Assembly: GCF_000195955.2 (NCBI RefSeq)
Contig: NC_000962.3
Span: forward strand, 1,380,001-1,412,000
Length of the DNA stretch: 32,000 nt
Source: Mycobacterium tuberculosis H37Rv
GTDB lineage: Bacteria > Actinomycetota > Actinomycetes > Mycobacteriales > Mycobacteriaceae
Reading direction: 5' to 3'
A model generated the notes under the pieces. That model did not search any database and had not been told where the DNA came from. It worked only from the letters and a program-made list of their open reading frames with translations. Of the stretch, positions 1 to 8,978 are shown piece by piece (positions within the stretch are counted from its first letter, which is position 1; each line of letters begins with the position of its first letter). The position numbers and the translations under genes were made by a program.

Positions 1-679
1 TTTCGACAACTATCGTGGCATCTTCCGGGGCGACTTGTTCAGCTCAGCGCTGATCAACTCCATCGGAATCGGCCTGATCACCACCGTGATCGCGGTGGTG
101 CTCGGCGCGATGGCGGCCTACGCGGTTGCCCGGCTGGAATTTCCGGGCAAGCGGCTGCTAATCGGGGCTGCCTTGCTGATCACGATGTTCCCGTCGATCT
201 CTTTGGTCACACCATTGTTCAACATCGAACGTGCCATCGGCCTGTTCGACACCTGGCCGGGGTTGATCTTGCCGTACATCACCTTCGCGTTGCCGCTCGC
301 GATCTACACCCTGTCGGCGTTCTTCCGGGAGATCCCTTGGGATCTGGAAAAGGCGGCCAAGATGGACGGTGCAACGCCCGGTCAGGCTTTCCGGAAGGTG
401 ATCGTACCGCTGGCGGCGCCGGGCTTGGTGACCGCTGCAATCCTGGTGTTCATTTTCGCCTGGAACGATCTGCTGCTCGCGTTGTCGCTGACCGCTACCA
501 AGGCGGCGATTACCGCGCCGGTGGCCATCGCCAACTTCACCGGCAGTTCGCAATTCGAGGAGCCGACCGGCTCGATCGCGGCCGGCGCGATCGTGATTAC
601 GATCCCGATCATCGTCTTTGTTTTAATCTTCCAACGACGGATTGTCGCCGGGTTGACCTCTGGCGCTGTGAAGGGATAG
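1..679 (+). CDS. sugB: Trehalose ABC importer permease SugB (Rv1237), C-terminal part; the 5' end lies upstream of the window (reading frame 2)
   Basis: The frame is open from the window edge to TAG at 677-679. The translation is a polytopic membrane protein with a MalFG-type EAA loop ([26 protein letters not shown]). Its stop lies 4 nt before the sugC start. Confidence 0.9.
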
Positions 680-683
680 CGCG

Positions 684-1865
684 ATGGCCGAGATTGTGTT
701 GGACCACGTCAACAAGAGTTACCCCGACGGTCACACAGCGGTGCGCGACCTCAACCTCACCATCGCCGACGGCGAATTTCTGATCCTGGTAGGGCCTTCC
801 GGTTGTGGCAAGACCACGACGCTGAATATGATTGCTGGGCTTGAAGATATCTCGTCGGGAGAACTGCGCATCGCCGGTGAGCGGGTAAACGAGAAGGCGC
901 CAAAGGACCGTGACATCGCGATGGTGTTCCAGTCGTACGCGCTTTACCCGCATATGACGGTGCGCCAGAACATCGCGTTCCCGCTGACCCTGGCGAAGAT
1001 GAGAAAGGCCGACATCGCGCAGAAGGTCTCCGAGACTGCAAAAATCCTTGACCTGACCAACCTTCTGGATCGCAAGCCCTCACAATTGTCGGGTGGTCAG
1101 CGACAGCGGGTCGCGATGGGCAGGGCAATCGTGCGCCATCCCAAAGCATTCCTGATGGACGAGCCGCTGTCGAACTTGGACGCGAAGTTGCGGGTCCAGA
1201 TGCGCGGCGAGATTGCCCAGCTGCAGCGGAGGCTGGGTACCACCACCGTCTACGTCACCCACGACCAGACCGAGGCAATGACGCTGGGCGATCGCGTGGT
1301 AGTGATGTACGGGGGCATCGCACAGCAGATCGGCACCCCTGAGGAGCTTTACGAACGGCCCGCCAATCTGTTTGTCGCGGGCTTTATCGGCTCGCCGGCC
1401 ATGAATTTCTTCCCTGCCAGGCTGACCGCGATCGGACTGACCCTGCCGTTCGGTGAGGTGACGCTGGCCCCCGAAGTCCAGGGGGTGATCGCAGCGCACC
1501 CGAAACCGGAAAACGTCATCGTAGGCGTGCGGCCGGAGCATATCCAGGACGCAGCATTGATCGACGCGTATCAACGCATCAGGGCGCTGACCTTCCAGGT
1601 GAAGGTCAACTTGGTCGAGTCTTTAGGCGCCGACAAATATCTGTATTTCACTACCGAGAGCCCGGCTGTGCACTCGGTTCAGTTGGACGAGTTGGCGGAG
1701 GTAGAGGGGGAGTCGGCGTTACACGAAAATCAGTTCGTGGCAAGGGTTCCCGCCGAGTCCAAGGTAGCCATCGGGCAGTCGGTCGAGTTGGCTTTCGATA
1801 CCGCCAGACTTGCCGTCTTCGACGCCGACTCCGGTGCGAACCTGACCATTCCGCACCGCGCCTAA
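684..1865 (+). CDS. sugC: Trehalose ABC importer ATPase SugC (Rv1238), MalK-like
   Basis: 393-aa ORF with Walker [10 protein letters not shown], signature LSGGQRQR, Walker [12 protein letters not shown] and H-loop VTHDQ, plus a MalK-type C-terminal regulatory domain. A purine-rich GAAGGGA lies upstream of the ATG. Confidence 0.95.
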   Translation: MAEIVLDHVNKSYPDGHTAVRDLNLTIADGEFLILVGPSGCGKTTTLNMIAGLEDISSGELRIAGERVNEKAPKDRDIAMVFQSYALYPHMTVRQNIAFPLTLAKMRKADIAQKVSETAKILDLTNLLDRKPSQLSGGQRQRVAMGRAIVRHPKAFLMDEPLSNLDAKLRVQMRGEIAQLQRRLGTTTVYVTHDQTEAMTLGDRVVVMYGGIAQQIGTPEELYERPANLFVAGFIGSPAMNFFPARLTAIGLTLPFGEVTLAPEVQGVIAAHPKPENVIVGVRPEHIQDAALIDAYQRIRALTFQVKVNLVESLGADKYLYFTTESPAVHSVQLDELAEVEGESALHENQFVARVPAESKVAIGQSVELAFDTARLAVFDADSGANLTIPHRA

Positions 1866-1941
1866 TGGCGGCGAGCGGACACATAAGCCCCCGCCACGCC
1901 GAAGGATTTGGAGCTTTTTGCGTCTGTTCGCCGACGCGAAG

Positions 1942-3042
1942 CTAGAGCCAGTTTCTGTTGCGGAAGACGTGGTAGAGGAACAGACAGATAAGGACCATCC
2001 CGCCGATCACTGTCGGGTAACCCCACCTGGAGTCCAGCTCGGGCATGAAGTGAAAGTTCATGCCATAGATGCCCGCGATCATGGTGGGGACCGCGATGAT
2101 ACCTGCCCACGCGGATATCTTGCGCATGTCCATGTTTTGCTGCATGCCGACCCGGGCGAGCGCGGCCTGCACCAGCGAGTTGAGCATGTCGTCGTAGCTG
2201 GCGATCTGGTCGGCGGCCTCGGTCTGGTGGTCGGCGACGTCGCGCAGGTAGCGCCGCACTTCTTTCGAAATGAGGTCTTTGCTCTCGGTCTGCATGCGCT
2301 GGAATGCGGTCGATAGCGGATTCACGCACCGGCGCAACTCGACCACTTCCCGCTTGAGCAGATAGATCGGTTCGATGTCGAGCTTGCGGCCCGGCGCGAA
2401 CGCTACTTCCTCGATGCTGTCGATATCGGTCTCCATGAGATTGGTCACCTCGAGGTAGTGGTCGACCACGTAGTCGGCGATCGCGTGCATCACCGCATAC
2501 GGTCCCAACCGCAAATGTTCGGGGTCGGCATCCATCCGCTTACGCACCTCGGATAACCCGCCGTGTTCGCCGTGGCGGACGGTGACCACGAAATCCTTGC
2601 CGACGAAGATCATGATCTCGCCGGTTTTGACGATCTCGCGGGCCAGTACCACCGATTCGTGCGGGACGTAGTTGACGGTCTTGAGGACGAGGAACAGCGT
2701 CTCGTCGTAGCGCTCCAACTTGGGTCGCTGGTGCGCGTGCACGGCGTCCTCAACGGCTAACGGGTGCAACCCGAAAACGTCTGCTACGTCCTGCATCTGG
2801 TTTTCATCGGGCTCGTGCAGCCCGATCCAGACGAACGCCTCCTGCCCGGTCAGTTCGATCTCGCGCACCTCGCGCAGCGCGGCGGCGTAGGTGTACTTGC
2901 CGGGCAGTCGCTGGCCGCAGACGTAGACACCGCAGTCGACCAAGGCTTGGGCCGGTGGCTGGGCAACGGGGTGTGCGTTCGGCGGCTGGGGTCGCGCGAC
3001 CGGTCGCAGCACTTCGGGCAATGCGTCAAACCCTGGGAACAC
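1942..3042 (-). CDS. corA: CorA Mg2+/Co2+ transporter (Rv1239c)
   Basis: 366-aa ORF with a large cytoplasmic domain and two C-terminal TM helices flanking the signature YGMNF (GMN motif). GTG start at 3042 with GGAGG 6 nt upstream. Confidence 0.93.
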   Translation of the reverse strand: MFPGFDALPEVLRPVARPQPPNAHPVAQPPAQALVDCGVYVCGQRLPGKYTYAAALREVREIELTGQEAFVWIGLHEPDENQMQDVADVFGLHPLAVEDAVHAHQRPKLERYDETLFLVLKTVNYVPHESVVLAREIVKTGEIMIFVGKDFVVTVRHGEHGGLSEVRKRMDADPEHLRLGPYAVMHAIADYVVDHYLEVTNLMETDIDSIEEVAFAPGRKLDIEPIYLLKREVVELRRCVNPLSTAFQRMQTESKDLISKEVRRYLRDVADHQTEAADQIASYDDMLNSLVQAALARVGMQQNMDMRKISAWAGIIAVPTMIAGIYGMNFHFMPELDSRWGYPTVIGGMVLICLFLYHVFRNRNWL

Positions 3043-3212
3043 GTCAACCTCCGATCGCGGTGGATCTGATCGGGCGGTGCTCCAGGTTACGCGTCCCGGT
3101 ATGGAACTTGGTAAACGTCAGTCGTAGCTGTGGGGGTTGGACCCCAGATGTCCGTCCGGTGCCGGTGCGCTAGTTTCAACCCGAAGCCAAGTCCGTAAGG
3201 AGCAGAACCGAC

Positions 3213-4202
3213 GTGAGCGCTAGTCCTCTCAAGGTCGCCGTTACCGGCGCCGCCGGCCAAATCGGCTACAGCCTGTTGTTCCGCCTGGCCAGCGGCTCTT
3301 TGCTGGGCCCTGACCGTCCGATCGAGCTGCGGCTGCTCGAGATCGAGCCGGCACTGCAGGCGCTCGAGGGTGTGGTGATGGAACTCGACGACTGCGCTTT
3401 CCCGCTGTTGTCCGGGGTGGAGATCGGTTCCGATCCCCAGAAGATCTTCGATGGTGTGAGCCTGGCCCTGCTGGTCGGAGCCCGCCCCCGGGGCGCGGGC
3501 ATGGAGCGAAGTGACCTGCTGGAGGCCAACGGCGCGATCTTCACCGCTCAGGGCAAAGCCCTCAACGCTGTCGCCGCGGATGACGTTCGCGTCGGGGTGA
3601 CCGGCAACCCCGCCAACACCAACGCGCTGATCGCGATGACCAATGCGCCCGACATTCCCCGCGAGCGGTTCTCGGCGCTCACCCGGCTGGACCACAATCG
3701 GGCGATCTCGCAGCTGGCCGCCAAGACCGGCGCGGCGGTCACCGACATCAAGAAGATGACGATCTGGGGCAATCACTCGGCCACCCAGTACCCCGACCTG
3801 TTCCACGCGGAGGTCGCCGGAAAGAACGCGGCCGAAGTGGTCAACGACCAGGCCTGGATCGAGGATGAATTCATCCCGACGGTCGCCAAGCGCGGTGCGG
3901 CGATCATCGATGCGCGCGGCGCGTCGTCGGCCGCCTCGGCCGCGTCGGCAACCATCGACGCTGCCCGGGACTGGTTGCTGGGGACGCCGGCGGACGATTG
4001 GGTCTCGATGGCCGTCGTCTCCGACGGGTCCTACGGGGTGCCGGAGGGCTTGATCTCCTCGTTTCCGGTCACCACCAAGGGCGGCAACTGGACGATCGTG
4101 AGCGGCTTGGAGATCGACGAGTTCTCCCGCGGCCGGATCGACAAGTCAACCGCCGAGTTGGCTGACGAGCGCAGCGCGGTCACCGAGCTCGGCCTGATCT
4201 GA
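3213..4202 (+). CDS. mdh: Malate dehydrogenase (Rv1240)
   Basis: 329-aa ORF with N-terminal Rossmann motif [10 protein letters not shown] and the catalytic region IWGNHS of the LDH/MDH family. GTG start with AAGGAG 9 nt upstream. Confidence 0.95.
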   Translation: MSASPLKVAVTGAAGQIGYSLLFRLASGSLLGPDRPIELRLLEIEPALQALEGVVMELDDCAFPLLSGVEIGSDPQKIFDGVSLALLVGARPRGAGMERSDLLEANGAIFTAQGKALNAVAADDVRVGVTGNPANTNALIAMTNAPDIPRERFSALTRLDHNRAISQLAAKTGAAVTDIKKMTIWGNHSATQYPDLFHAEVAGKNAAEVVNDQAWIEDEFIPTVAKRGAAIIDARGASSAASAASATIDAARDWLLGTPADDWVSMAVVSDGSYGVPEGLISSFPVTTKGGNWTIVSGLEIDEFSRGRIDKSTAELADERSAVTELGLI

Positions 4203-4241
4203 GCGCAGGTCAGCCGCGCACTGAGCGGAGCCCGAGTCATC

Positions 4242-4277
4242 TTGACGTGTGTTTGTCCAGGCATCATGATGACCTGT
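4242..4277 (+). promoter_or_regulatory. Putative vapBC33 promoter/operator: TTGACG (4242-4247), 17 nt, CATGAT (4265-4270), 7 nt, ATG; the palindrome CATCATGATG (4262-4271) overlaps the -10
   Basis: Read directly from the sequence. The geometry predicts a leaderless mRNA starting at the annotated ATG. A flanking inverted repeat GTCATC (4236-4241) / GATGAC (4268-4273) is also present. Confidence 0.4.
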
Positions 4278-4538
4278 ATGCGCACCACCTTGACGCTCGA
4301 TGACGACGTCGTCCGGCTGGTCGAAGACGCAGTGCATCGCGAACGCCGCCCGATGAAGCAGGTCATCAACGATGCGCTGCGCAGAGCGCTGGCGCCGCCG
4401 GTGAAACGGCAGGAGCAGTATCGGTTGGAGCCGCATGAGTCGGCTGTGCGTTCCGGGTTGGATCTGGCCGGCTTCAACAAGTTGGCCGACGAACTGGAGG
4501 ATGAGGCGCTGCTGGATGCCACGCGTCGGGCCCGGTGA
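4278..4538 (+). CDS. vapB33: VapB33 antitoxin (Rv1241)
   Basis: The N-terminus MRTTLTLDDDVVRL is typical of VapB-family antitoxins. The stop overlaps the vapC start (GTGA at 4535-4538). I chose ATG 4278 (86 aa) over TTG 4242 because a TTGACG-17-CATGAT promoter-like element ends 7 nt upstream of it. Confidence 0.85.
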   Translation: MRTTLTLDDDVVRLVEDAVHRERRPMKQVINDALRRALAPPVKRQEQYRLEPHESAVRSGLDLAGFNKLADELEDEALLDATRRAR

Positions 4539-4966
4539 TCATCCCTGACATCAATCTGCTGCTCTACGCGGTCATCACCGGATTCCCGCAGCACCGGCGC
4601 GCGCATGCGTGGTGGCAAGACACCGTCAACGGCCACACCCGTATCGGGCTGACGTATCCGGCGTTGTTCGGGTTCCTACGGATCGCCACCAGTGCCCGCG
4701 TGCTCGCCGCGCCACTGCCAACCGCGGATGCGATCGCCTATGTGCGCGAGTGGCTTTCGCAGCCGAACGTGGACCTACTCACGGCGGGTCCGCGCCACCT
4801 GGACATCGCGTTGGGCCTGCTCGACAAGCTCGGCACAGCCAGCCACCTAACCACCGATGTGCAACTGGCCGCCTACGGCATCGAATACGACGCCGAGATC
4901 CATTCCAGTGACACCGACTTTGCCCGATTCGCCGATCTGAAGTGGACCGACCCGTTGCGCGAATAA
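4535..4966 (+). CDS. vapC33: VapC33 PIN-domain toxin (Rv1242)
   Basis: 143-aa ORF with PIN acidic residues in the expected positions (IPDINLLLYA near the N-terminus, SSDTDF near the C-terminus). There is a 4-nt overlap with vapB33. Confidence 0.9.
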   Translation: MIIPDINLLLYAVITGFPQHRRAHAWWQDTVNGHTRIGLTYPALFGFLRIATSARVLAAPLPTADAIAYVREWLSQPNVDLLTAGPRHLDIALGLLDKLGTASHLTTDVQLAAYGIEYDAEIHSSDTDFARFADLKWTDPLRE

Positions 4967-4988
4967 TGACTGCCGCTCTGCCCTCGGG

Positions 4989-6320
4989 TCAGCCGTTCAG
5001 GCCGTGCTGACCGTTGGCGCCGGTAGCGCCTTGAGTACCGGGATCGCCGGGGGCGCCGGGGTTGAACCCGGTCCCGCCGCCGCCGCCCGCGCCGCCGTTG
5101 CCGCCCGCGCCGCCGAGGCCCCCGGCCGCGCCGGAGCCGGGGCTGCCCGACTGTCCGAACAGTCCGCCCGCACCGCCGGTCCCGCCGTTTCCGCCGACGC
5201 CACCGGCCCCGCCGGCCCCGCCGTCGCCGCCGTTGCCGCCGTCACCGCCGTCGCCGTCCTGGTTGGCCATGCCGTCGGCGCCGATCCCGCCGTTGCCGCC
5301 GTTGCCGCCGCTGCCGCCTTGAGCGCCGATGCCCCCGTCGCCCCCGACGCCGCCGTCGCCGCCGGCGCCGCCCGTGCCGAGCAGTAGCCCGCCGCGACCC
5401 CCGCTGCCCCCAAAGCCGCCGGCGCCACCAACGTCAGCCGAGGCACCGACGCCGCCGTCGCCGCCGGCACCACCATTGCCCCCGGTGGAGTTGCCCCCAG
5501 GAGGATTATCTTGATTGGCATTTCCTCCGGCGCCGCCGGCACCACCGGGAGCGCCGATACCGCCGTTCCCGCCGGCGCCACCGTTGCCCCCTATGCTGTT
5601 GCCAGCATTTGCAACATTGGCGCTGCCACCCGCTCCGCCCAGCCCCCCGCCGCCGCCGGCTCCGCCGTTTCCGCCGGCGCCGCCATTGCCGCCGACAGCG
5701 TCACCAAAGCCGCTTTGAGCGGCGCCACCGTTACCGCCGGCACCTCCGGAGGCGAAGTTGGCGCCGTCGCCGCCGTCGCCGCCGGCACCCCCGGACACGT
5801 CGGTCTGCCCAAGGTTGGTTCCATCCCCGCCTATGCCGCCTGCACCACCGCCCACGCCGGGGTTGACTGCGTTGCTGCCCGAGCCGGCGTCGGTCCCGTT
5901 GCCATCGGGTCCGGTAGTGCCGTCGGCGCCATCGGTCGCGTGCGTGACCTGATGGGACACCGGGTTTTGCCCGTTGGCGCCGGCCGCTCCTGCCGCTCCG
6001 GCTCCACCCGCCCCCCCGTTGCCCCATAGCCCGGCGTTGCCGCCGTGGCCTCCGTTGCCGCCATTGCCCCCGATCTGGGTGGCCGCCCCACCGTTGCCGC
6101 CGAGCCCACCGTTGCCGTATAGCCACCCGCCGTTGCCGCCGGCACCGCCGTTCGCGCCGGGCCCGCCGGCTCCCCCGGCGCCACCGTTGCCGATCAACCC
6201 GGCCGCGCCGCCGCGACCGCCGGGCTGGCCTGGGGTGCTACTCGAGCCGCCGTTGCCGCCGTTGCCGTACAACAAGCCACCGTCGCCCCCGTTTTGTCCC
6301 GGCCCGCCGTTGGCGCCATC
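4989..6320 (-). repeat. PGRS coding repeat region (degenerate GGC-GGN triplet repeats encoding GGAGGNGG-type units)
   Basis: Visible as continuous gccgcc/gttgcc/gccggc runs on the plus strand. This gives Pro/Ala-rich shadow ORFs in all other frames. Confidence 0.9.
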
Positions 6321-6677
6321 GCCGATCAGCGGGCGCCCCAGCAACAGCTGGGTGGGCCCATTGACCACATCCAGCACCGCTTGCATCGGGGAGGCATTGG
6401 CGGCCTCGGCCGCCGCATACGAGCCGGCCGCCGAACTCAGTGCCCGCACAAACTGCTGATGAAATGCCGCCGCCTGTGCGCTCAGCGCTTGATAGGCCTG
6501 GGCGTTCCCGGAAAACAGCGACGCGATGGCCGCTGATACCTCGTCGGCACCCGCGGCCAGCAGCCCCGTGGTCGGGGCCTCGGCCGCCCTGTTAGCTGCG
6601 GCCAGCGCCGAGCCGATGCCCTCCAAATCAGCGGCCGCGGCCACCAACACGTCCTGCGCTGCAATCAGATACTCCAT
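4989..6677 (-). CDS. PE_PGRS23: PE_PGRS23 (Rv1243c), a PE-family protein with a polymorphic GC-rich Gly-Ala/Gly-Asn repeat domain
   Basis: The PE-type N-terminal domain is [25 protein letters not shown]...SYAAAE, followed by the GRPLI linker (6324-6338) and about 440 aa of GGAGGxGG repeats. Start set at ATG 6675-6677 (562 aa) with GAGAGG 7 nt upstream. The 24 extra codons of the longest ORF are not PE-like. Confidence 0.92.
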   Translation of the reverse strand: MEYLIAAQDVLVAAAADLEGIGSALAAANRAAEAPTTGLLAAGADEVSAAIASLFSGNAQAYQALSAQAAAFHQQFVRALSSAAGSYAAAEAANASPMQAVLDVVNGPTQLLLGRPLIGDGANGGPGQNGGDGGLLYGNGGNGGSSSTPGQPGGRGGAAGLIGNGGAGGAGGPGANGGAGGNGGWLYGNGGLGGNGGAATQIGGNGGNGGHGGNAGLWGNGGAGGAGAAGAAGANGQNPVSHQVTHATDGADGTTGPDGNGTDAGSGSNAVNPGVGGGAGGIGGDGTNLGQTDVSGGAGGDGGDGANFASGGAGGNGGAAQSGFGDAVGGNGGAGGNGGAGGGGGLGGAGGSANVANAGNSIGGNGGAGGNGGIGAPGGAGGAGGNANQDNPPGGNSTGGNGGAGGDGGVGASADVGGAGGFGGSGGRGGLLLGTGGAGGDGGVGGDGGIGAQGGSGGNGGNGGIGADGMANQDGDGGDGGNGGDGGAGGAGGVGGNGGTGGAGGLFGQSGSPGSGAAGGLGGAGGNGGAGGGGGTGFNPGAPGDPGTQGATGANGQHGLNG

Positions 6678-6856
6678 CGCGGGGCCTCTCTCGCGGCGAG
6701 ATTGACCAACGGGTCGGCACGAAGCGTGTCCCGTTGCTTGACGGTGCATTGCGTGTTTGCCTGGATCCCCGCGCCGACGGTGTGGATCGGGCCCAGTACC
6801 CTCAAGCCCGTGCCAACTGCATCTGTCGCGGTGACTATCGGCTCAGACACTTCGGT

Positions 6857-7717
6857 GTGAGAATCACCAGGATCCTCGCGCTGCTGCTTGCCGTCCTGCT
6901 TGCAGTGTCTGGCGTGGCTGGCTGCTCGGCCGACACCGGCGATCGCCACCCGGAGTTGGTGGTCGGATCCACGCCGGACTCCGAGGCGATGCTGCTGGCC
7001 GCCATCTACGTCGCGGCGCTGCGGTCGTACGGTTTTGCGGCGCACGCCGAAACCGCCGCCGACCCGGTGGCGAAACTGGACTCGGGCGCGTTCACCGTCG
7101 TACCCGCTTTCACCGGTCAGATGTTGCAGACCTTGCAACCCGATGCGTCGGTGCGCTCGGATGCCCAGGTATACCGCGCCATCGTCTCGGCCCTTCCCGA
7201 GGGCATAGCCGCAGGCGACTACACCACCGCCGCAGAAGACAAACCCGCGTTGGTGGTGACTCAATCCACCGCCAAGGCCTGGGGCGGCGGCGATCTCAGC
7301 GAGCTGCCCAGCCACTGCCGCGGGTTGTTGGTCGGGCGCGTTGCCGGCGCCCACACACCCGCGGCCGTGGGACCGTGCCGGCTGCCCGCCCCGCGTGAGT
7401 TTCGGAATGACGCAACAATGTTCGCCGCGCTGCGGGCCGGACAGCTGGTCGCGGCCTGGACCACCACCGCCGACCCCGACATCCCCGCGGACCTGATCAT
7501 GCTGACCGACGGCAAGCCCGCGCTGATCCGGGCCGAGAACATCGTTCCGCTGTATCGTCGCAACGCGCTGACCGAGCGGCAACTGCTGGCCGTCAACGAG
7601 GTCGCCGGCGTGCTGGACACCACGGCCCTGATCGGGATGCGCCGCCAGGTGGCCGCGGGGGCCGACCCGGCGGCGGTGGCCGCCGGCTGGCTCGCCGAAC
7701 ACCCGCTGGGACGTTGA
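6857..7717 (+). CDS. lpqZ: Lipoprotein LpqZ (Rv1244), an OpuAC/glycine-betaine-type substrate-binding protein
   Basis: GTG at 6857 gives the signal peptide VRITRILALLLAVLLAVSGVAGC with lipobox VAGC. The mature part (ELVVGSTPDSEAMLLAAIYVAALRSYGF...) resembles ABC osmoprotectant-binding proteins. The 41 upstream codons of the longest ORF are not signal-peptide-like. Confidence 0.85.
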   Translation: MRITRILALLLAVLLAVSGVAGCSADTGDRHPELVVGSTPDSEAMLLAAIYVAALRSYGFAAHAETAADPVAKLDSGAFTVVPAFTGQMLQTLQPDASVRSDAQVYRAIVSALPEGIAAGDYTTAAEDKPALVVTQSTAKAWGGGDLSELPSHCRGLLVGRVAGAHTPAAVGPCRLPAPREFRNDATMFAALRAGQLVAAWTTTADPDIPADLIMLTDGKPALIRAENIVPLYRRNALTERQLLAVNEVAGVLDTTALIGMRRQVAAGADPAAVAAGWLAEHPLGR

Positions 7718-7737
7718 GCCGCCACGAGCGTCCGGGT

Positions 7738-7776
7738 CGACGCGATGACACACCGCGTCGGCCGAACAACCTTCGG
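7738..7776. terminator. Two adjacent small hairpins between convergent lpqZ and Rv1245c
   Basis: The first is CGACGCG (7738-7744) / CGCGTCG (7754-7760) with a 9-nt loop, extendable by G:C and U:G pairs. The second is CCGAA (7762-7766) / TTCGG (7772-7776). Neither has a U-tract. Confidence 0.25.
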
Positions 7777-7797
7777 GCGCGCTTTCCTCACCAGCCG

Positions 7798-8628
7798 TCA
7801 GCGCGGGCGGGGTATCAACCGGCCGGTGATGATCGGAAAGATCCGCTGATATCCGGAACCGGTCAGCCGGACCACCAGGTCCAGTACCTTGGCGTCGACA
7901 CCCACCAACACCCGGGCCTTGTTCTTGGCCACCCCCGTCAGGATGATCTGCGCGGCCCGCTGTGGGCTGAGATGGGCCACCCGCTTATCGAACGTCTCGG
8001 CCAGCTCGGCCTGGTCAAGTCCCTCGGCGGCGGTGGCGTTACGGGCGATCGCGGTCTTGACACCGCCGGGGTGCACCGTCGTCACCTTCACCGGGTGACC
8101 CGCCAACGCCATTTCCTGGCGCAGCGCCTCGGTAAAGCCGCGGACGGCGAACTTGGCCGAGTTGTAGGCCGCCTGACCCGGCGCCGAAAACAACCCGAAC
8201 ACGCTGGAGATGTTGATGACGTGGCCGTCCCCGGAGGCGATCAAATGCGGCAGGAACGCCTTGGTGCCGTTGACCACACCCCAAAAATCGACGTCCATCA
8301 CCCGTTCGATGTCCTTGAACTGGCTGACCTCGATATCGCCGGTAAAGGCGATGCCGGCGTTGTTGTAGATCTGGTTCACAGTGCCGAAGTGCTCGTTGAC
8401 CGCATCGGCGTAGGCTAGGAAGGCTTCGCGTTCGGTTACGTCGAGTCGGTCCGTCTTGACCGGCGTGCTGATCGCCTTTAGCCGGTGCTCGGTGTCTGCC
8501 AGGCCGTCGGTGTCGACGTCGCTGATGGCCACCTTGGCGCCCGAGCGGGCCAGCTCGATTGCCAGCGCCTGCCCGATGCCCGATCCCGCGCCGGTGACAA
8601 CGGCGACCTTTCCGGCGAACCCCTCCAT
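7798..8628 (-). CDS. Short-chain dehydrogenase/reductase (Rv1245c)
   Basis: 276-aa ORF with the SDR cofactor motif VTGAGSGIG, NNAG, and the catalytic S...YNSAK (YxxxK). GGGAGGG lies 7 nt upstream of the ATG. Confidence 0.92.
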   Translation of the reverse strand: MEGFAGKVAVVTGAGSGIGQALAIELARSGAKVAISDVDTDGLADTEHRLKAISTPVKTDRLDVTEREAFLAYADAVNEHFGTVNQIYNNAGIAFTGDIEVSQFKDIERVMDVDFWGVVNGTKAFLPHLIASGDGHVINISSVFGLFSAPGQAAYNSAKFAVRGFTEALRQEMALAGHPVKVTTVHPGGVKTAIARNATAAEGLDQAELAETFDKRVAHLSPQRAAQIILTGVAKNKARVLVGVDAKVLDLVVRLTGSGYQRIFPIITGRLIPRPR

Positions 8629-8664
8629 GACGTACCCTCCCTTGTCTCGGCTGCCATCAGGTTA

Positions 8665-8684
8665 GCCGGTACCCGGGGTACGGC
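8665..8684 (-). terminator. GC-rich palindromic hairpin immediately after the relE stop
   Basis: GTACCC-G-GGGTAC is a perfect 6-1-6 palindrome at 8669-8681, flanked by GCC/GGC pairs with one bulge. It lies between the relE stop (8685-8687) and the Rv1245c SD. No U-tract follows. Confidence 0.2.
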
Positions 8685-8978
8685 TTAACGTGGCCGGCAC
8701 GGGTTCATTCGGTAGCTGGCACTGCGACGAGCGATGTGGATGATCTCGACTCGGTGGTGGCCGTCGTCGATGGCGTAGACGACGCGGTAATCACCGCGGC
8801 GGGCTGAGTGGAGGCCTTCAAGGTCATTGCGCAGCGGCTTGCCCAACCTATGCGGGTTGTTAAGCAGCGGTCCGAAAACAAACTCGACACATGCGGCGGC
8901 GATCTTTTCGGGTAAGCGTTGCAGGTCGCGTGCCGCTGTCGCGGTGATCGCCACGTGGTAGGGATGGTCGTCGCTCAC
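8685..8978 (-). CDS. relE: RelE1 toxin (Rv1246c), RelE/ParE superfamily
   Basis: 97-aa ORF with a RelE-like core (LPEKIAAACVEF...RRGDYRVVYAIDDGHHRVEIIHIARRSASY). The GTG start overlaps the relB stop (GTGA, 8975-8978). Confidence 0.9.
   Translation of the reverse strand: MSDDHPYHVAITATAARDLQRLPEKIAAACVEFVFGPLLNNPHRLGKPLRNDLEGLHSARRGDYRVVYAIDDGHHRVEIIHIARRSASYRMNPCRPR

Noticed and set aside
1920-1937. Hairpin GCGTC-N8-GACGC between convergent sugC and corA, next to a T5 tract
   Set aside because: The T-tract precedes the stem on the plus strand, and an A-tract follows it on the minus strand. That orientation is wrong for an intrinsic terminator of either gene, and the stem is only 5 bp.
3051-3073. 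Inverted repeat CCGATC / GATCGG in the corA leader, whose 3' arm touches the GGAGG Shine-Dalgarno, considered as a Mg2+-responsive element
   Set aside because: It has only a 6-bp stem and no resemblance I can see to an M-box. Stems of this size are expected by chance many times in 32 kb of GC-rich sequence.
3087-3806. 239-aa minus-strand ORF overlapping the mdh 5' half and the corA-mdh intergenic region
   Set aside because: It is antisense to the unmistakable malate dehydrogenase frame, and its translation is low-complexity.
4967-4988. Short TGAC...GTCA inverted repeat between convergent vapC33 and PE_PGRS23
   Set aside because: Only 4+3 bp can pair, which is too weak to call a terminator.
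4989-6320. Highly repetitive DNA considered as a possible CRISPR array or non-coding tandem repeat
   Set aside because: There is no fixed-length repeat and unique-spacer organisation. The region is one continuous ORF with 3-nt periodicity encoding Gly-rich repeats.
5004-6536. Numerous Pro/Ala-rich ORFs (for example 5062-5322, 5515-5718, 5974-6459) opposite or out of frame with PE_PGRS23
   Set aside because: They are frame and strand artefacts of the GGC/GCC triplet repeat. Only the minus-strand frame joins a PE domain, the GRPLI linker and the PGRS repeats.
6665-8418. 362-aa minus-strand ORF over lpqZ and 234-aa plus-strand ORF over Rv1245c
   Set aside because: They are antisense shadows of genes with a lipobox and SDR motifs respectively, and have no motifs of their own.
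8669-8681. GTACCCGGGGTAC resembles a KpnI/SmaI polylinker, considered as a possible cloning scar
   Set aside because: The flanks are contiguous native genes (relE and Rv1245c) with intact stop, SD and start. It is most simply a natural GC-rich palindrome, listed as a low-confidence hairpin.
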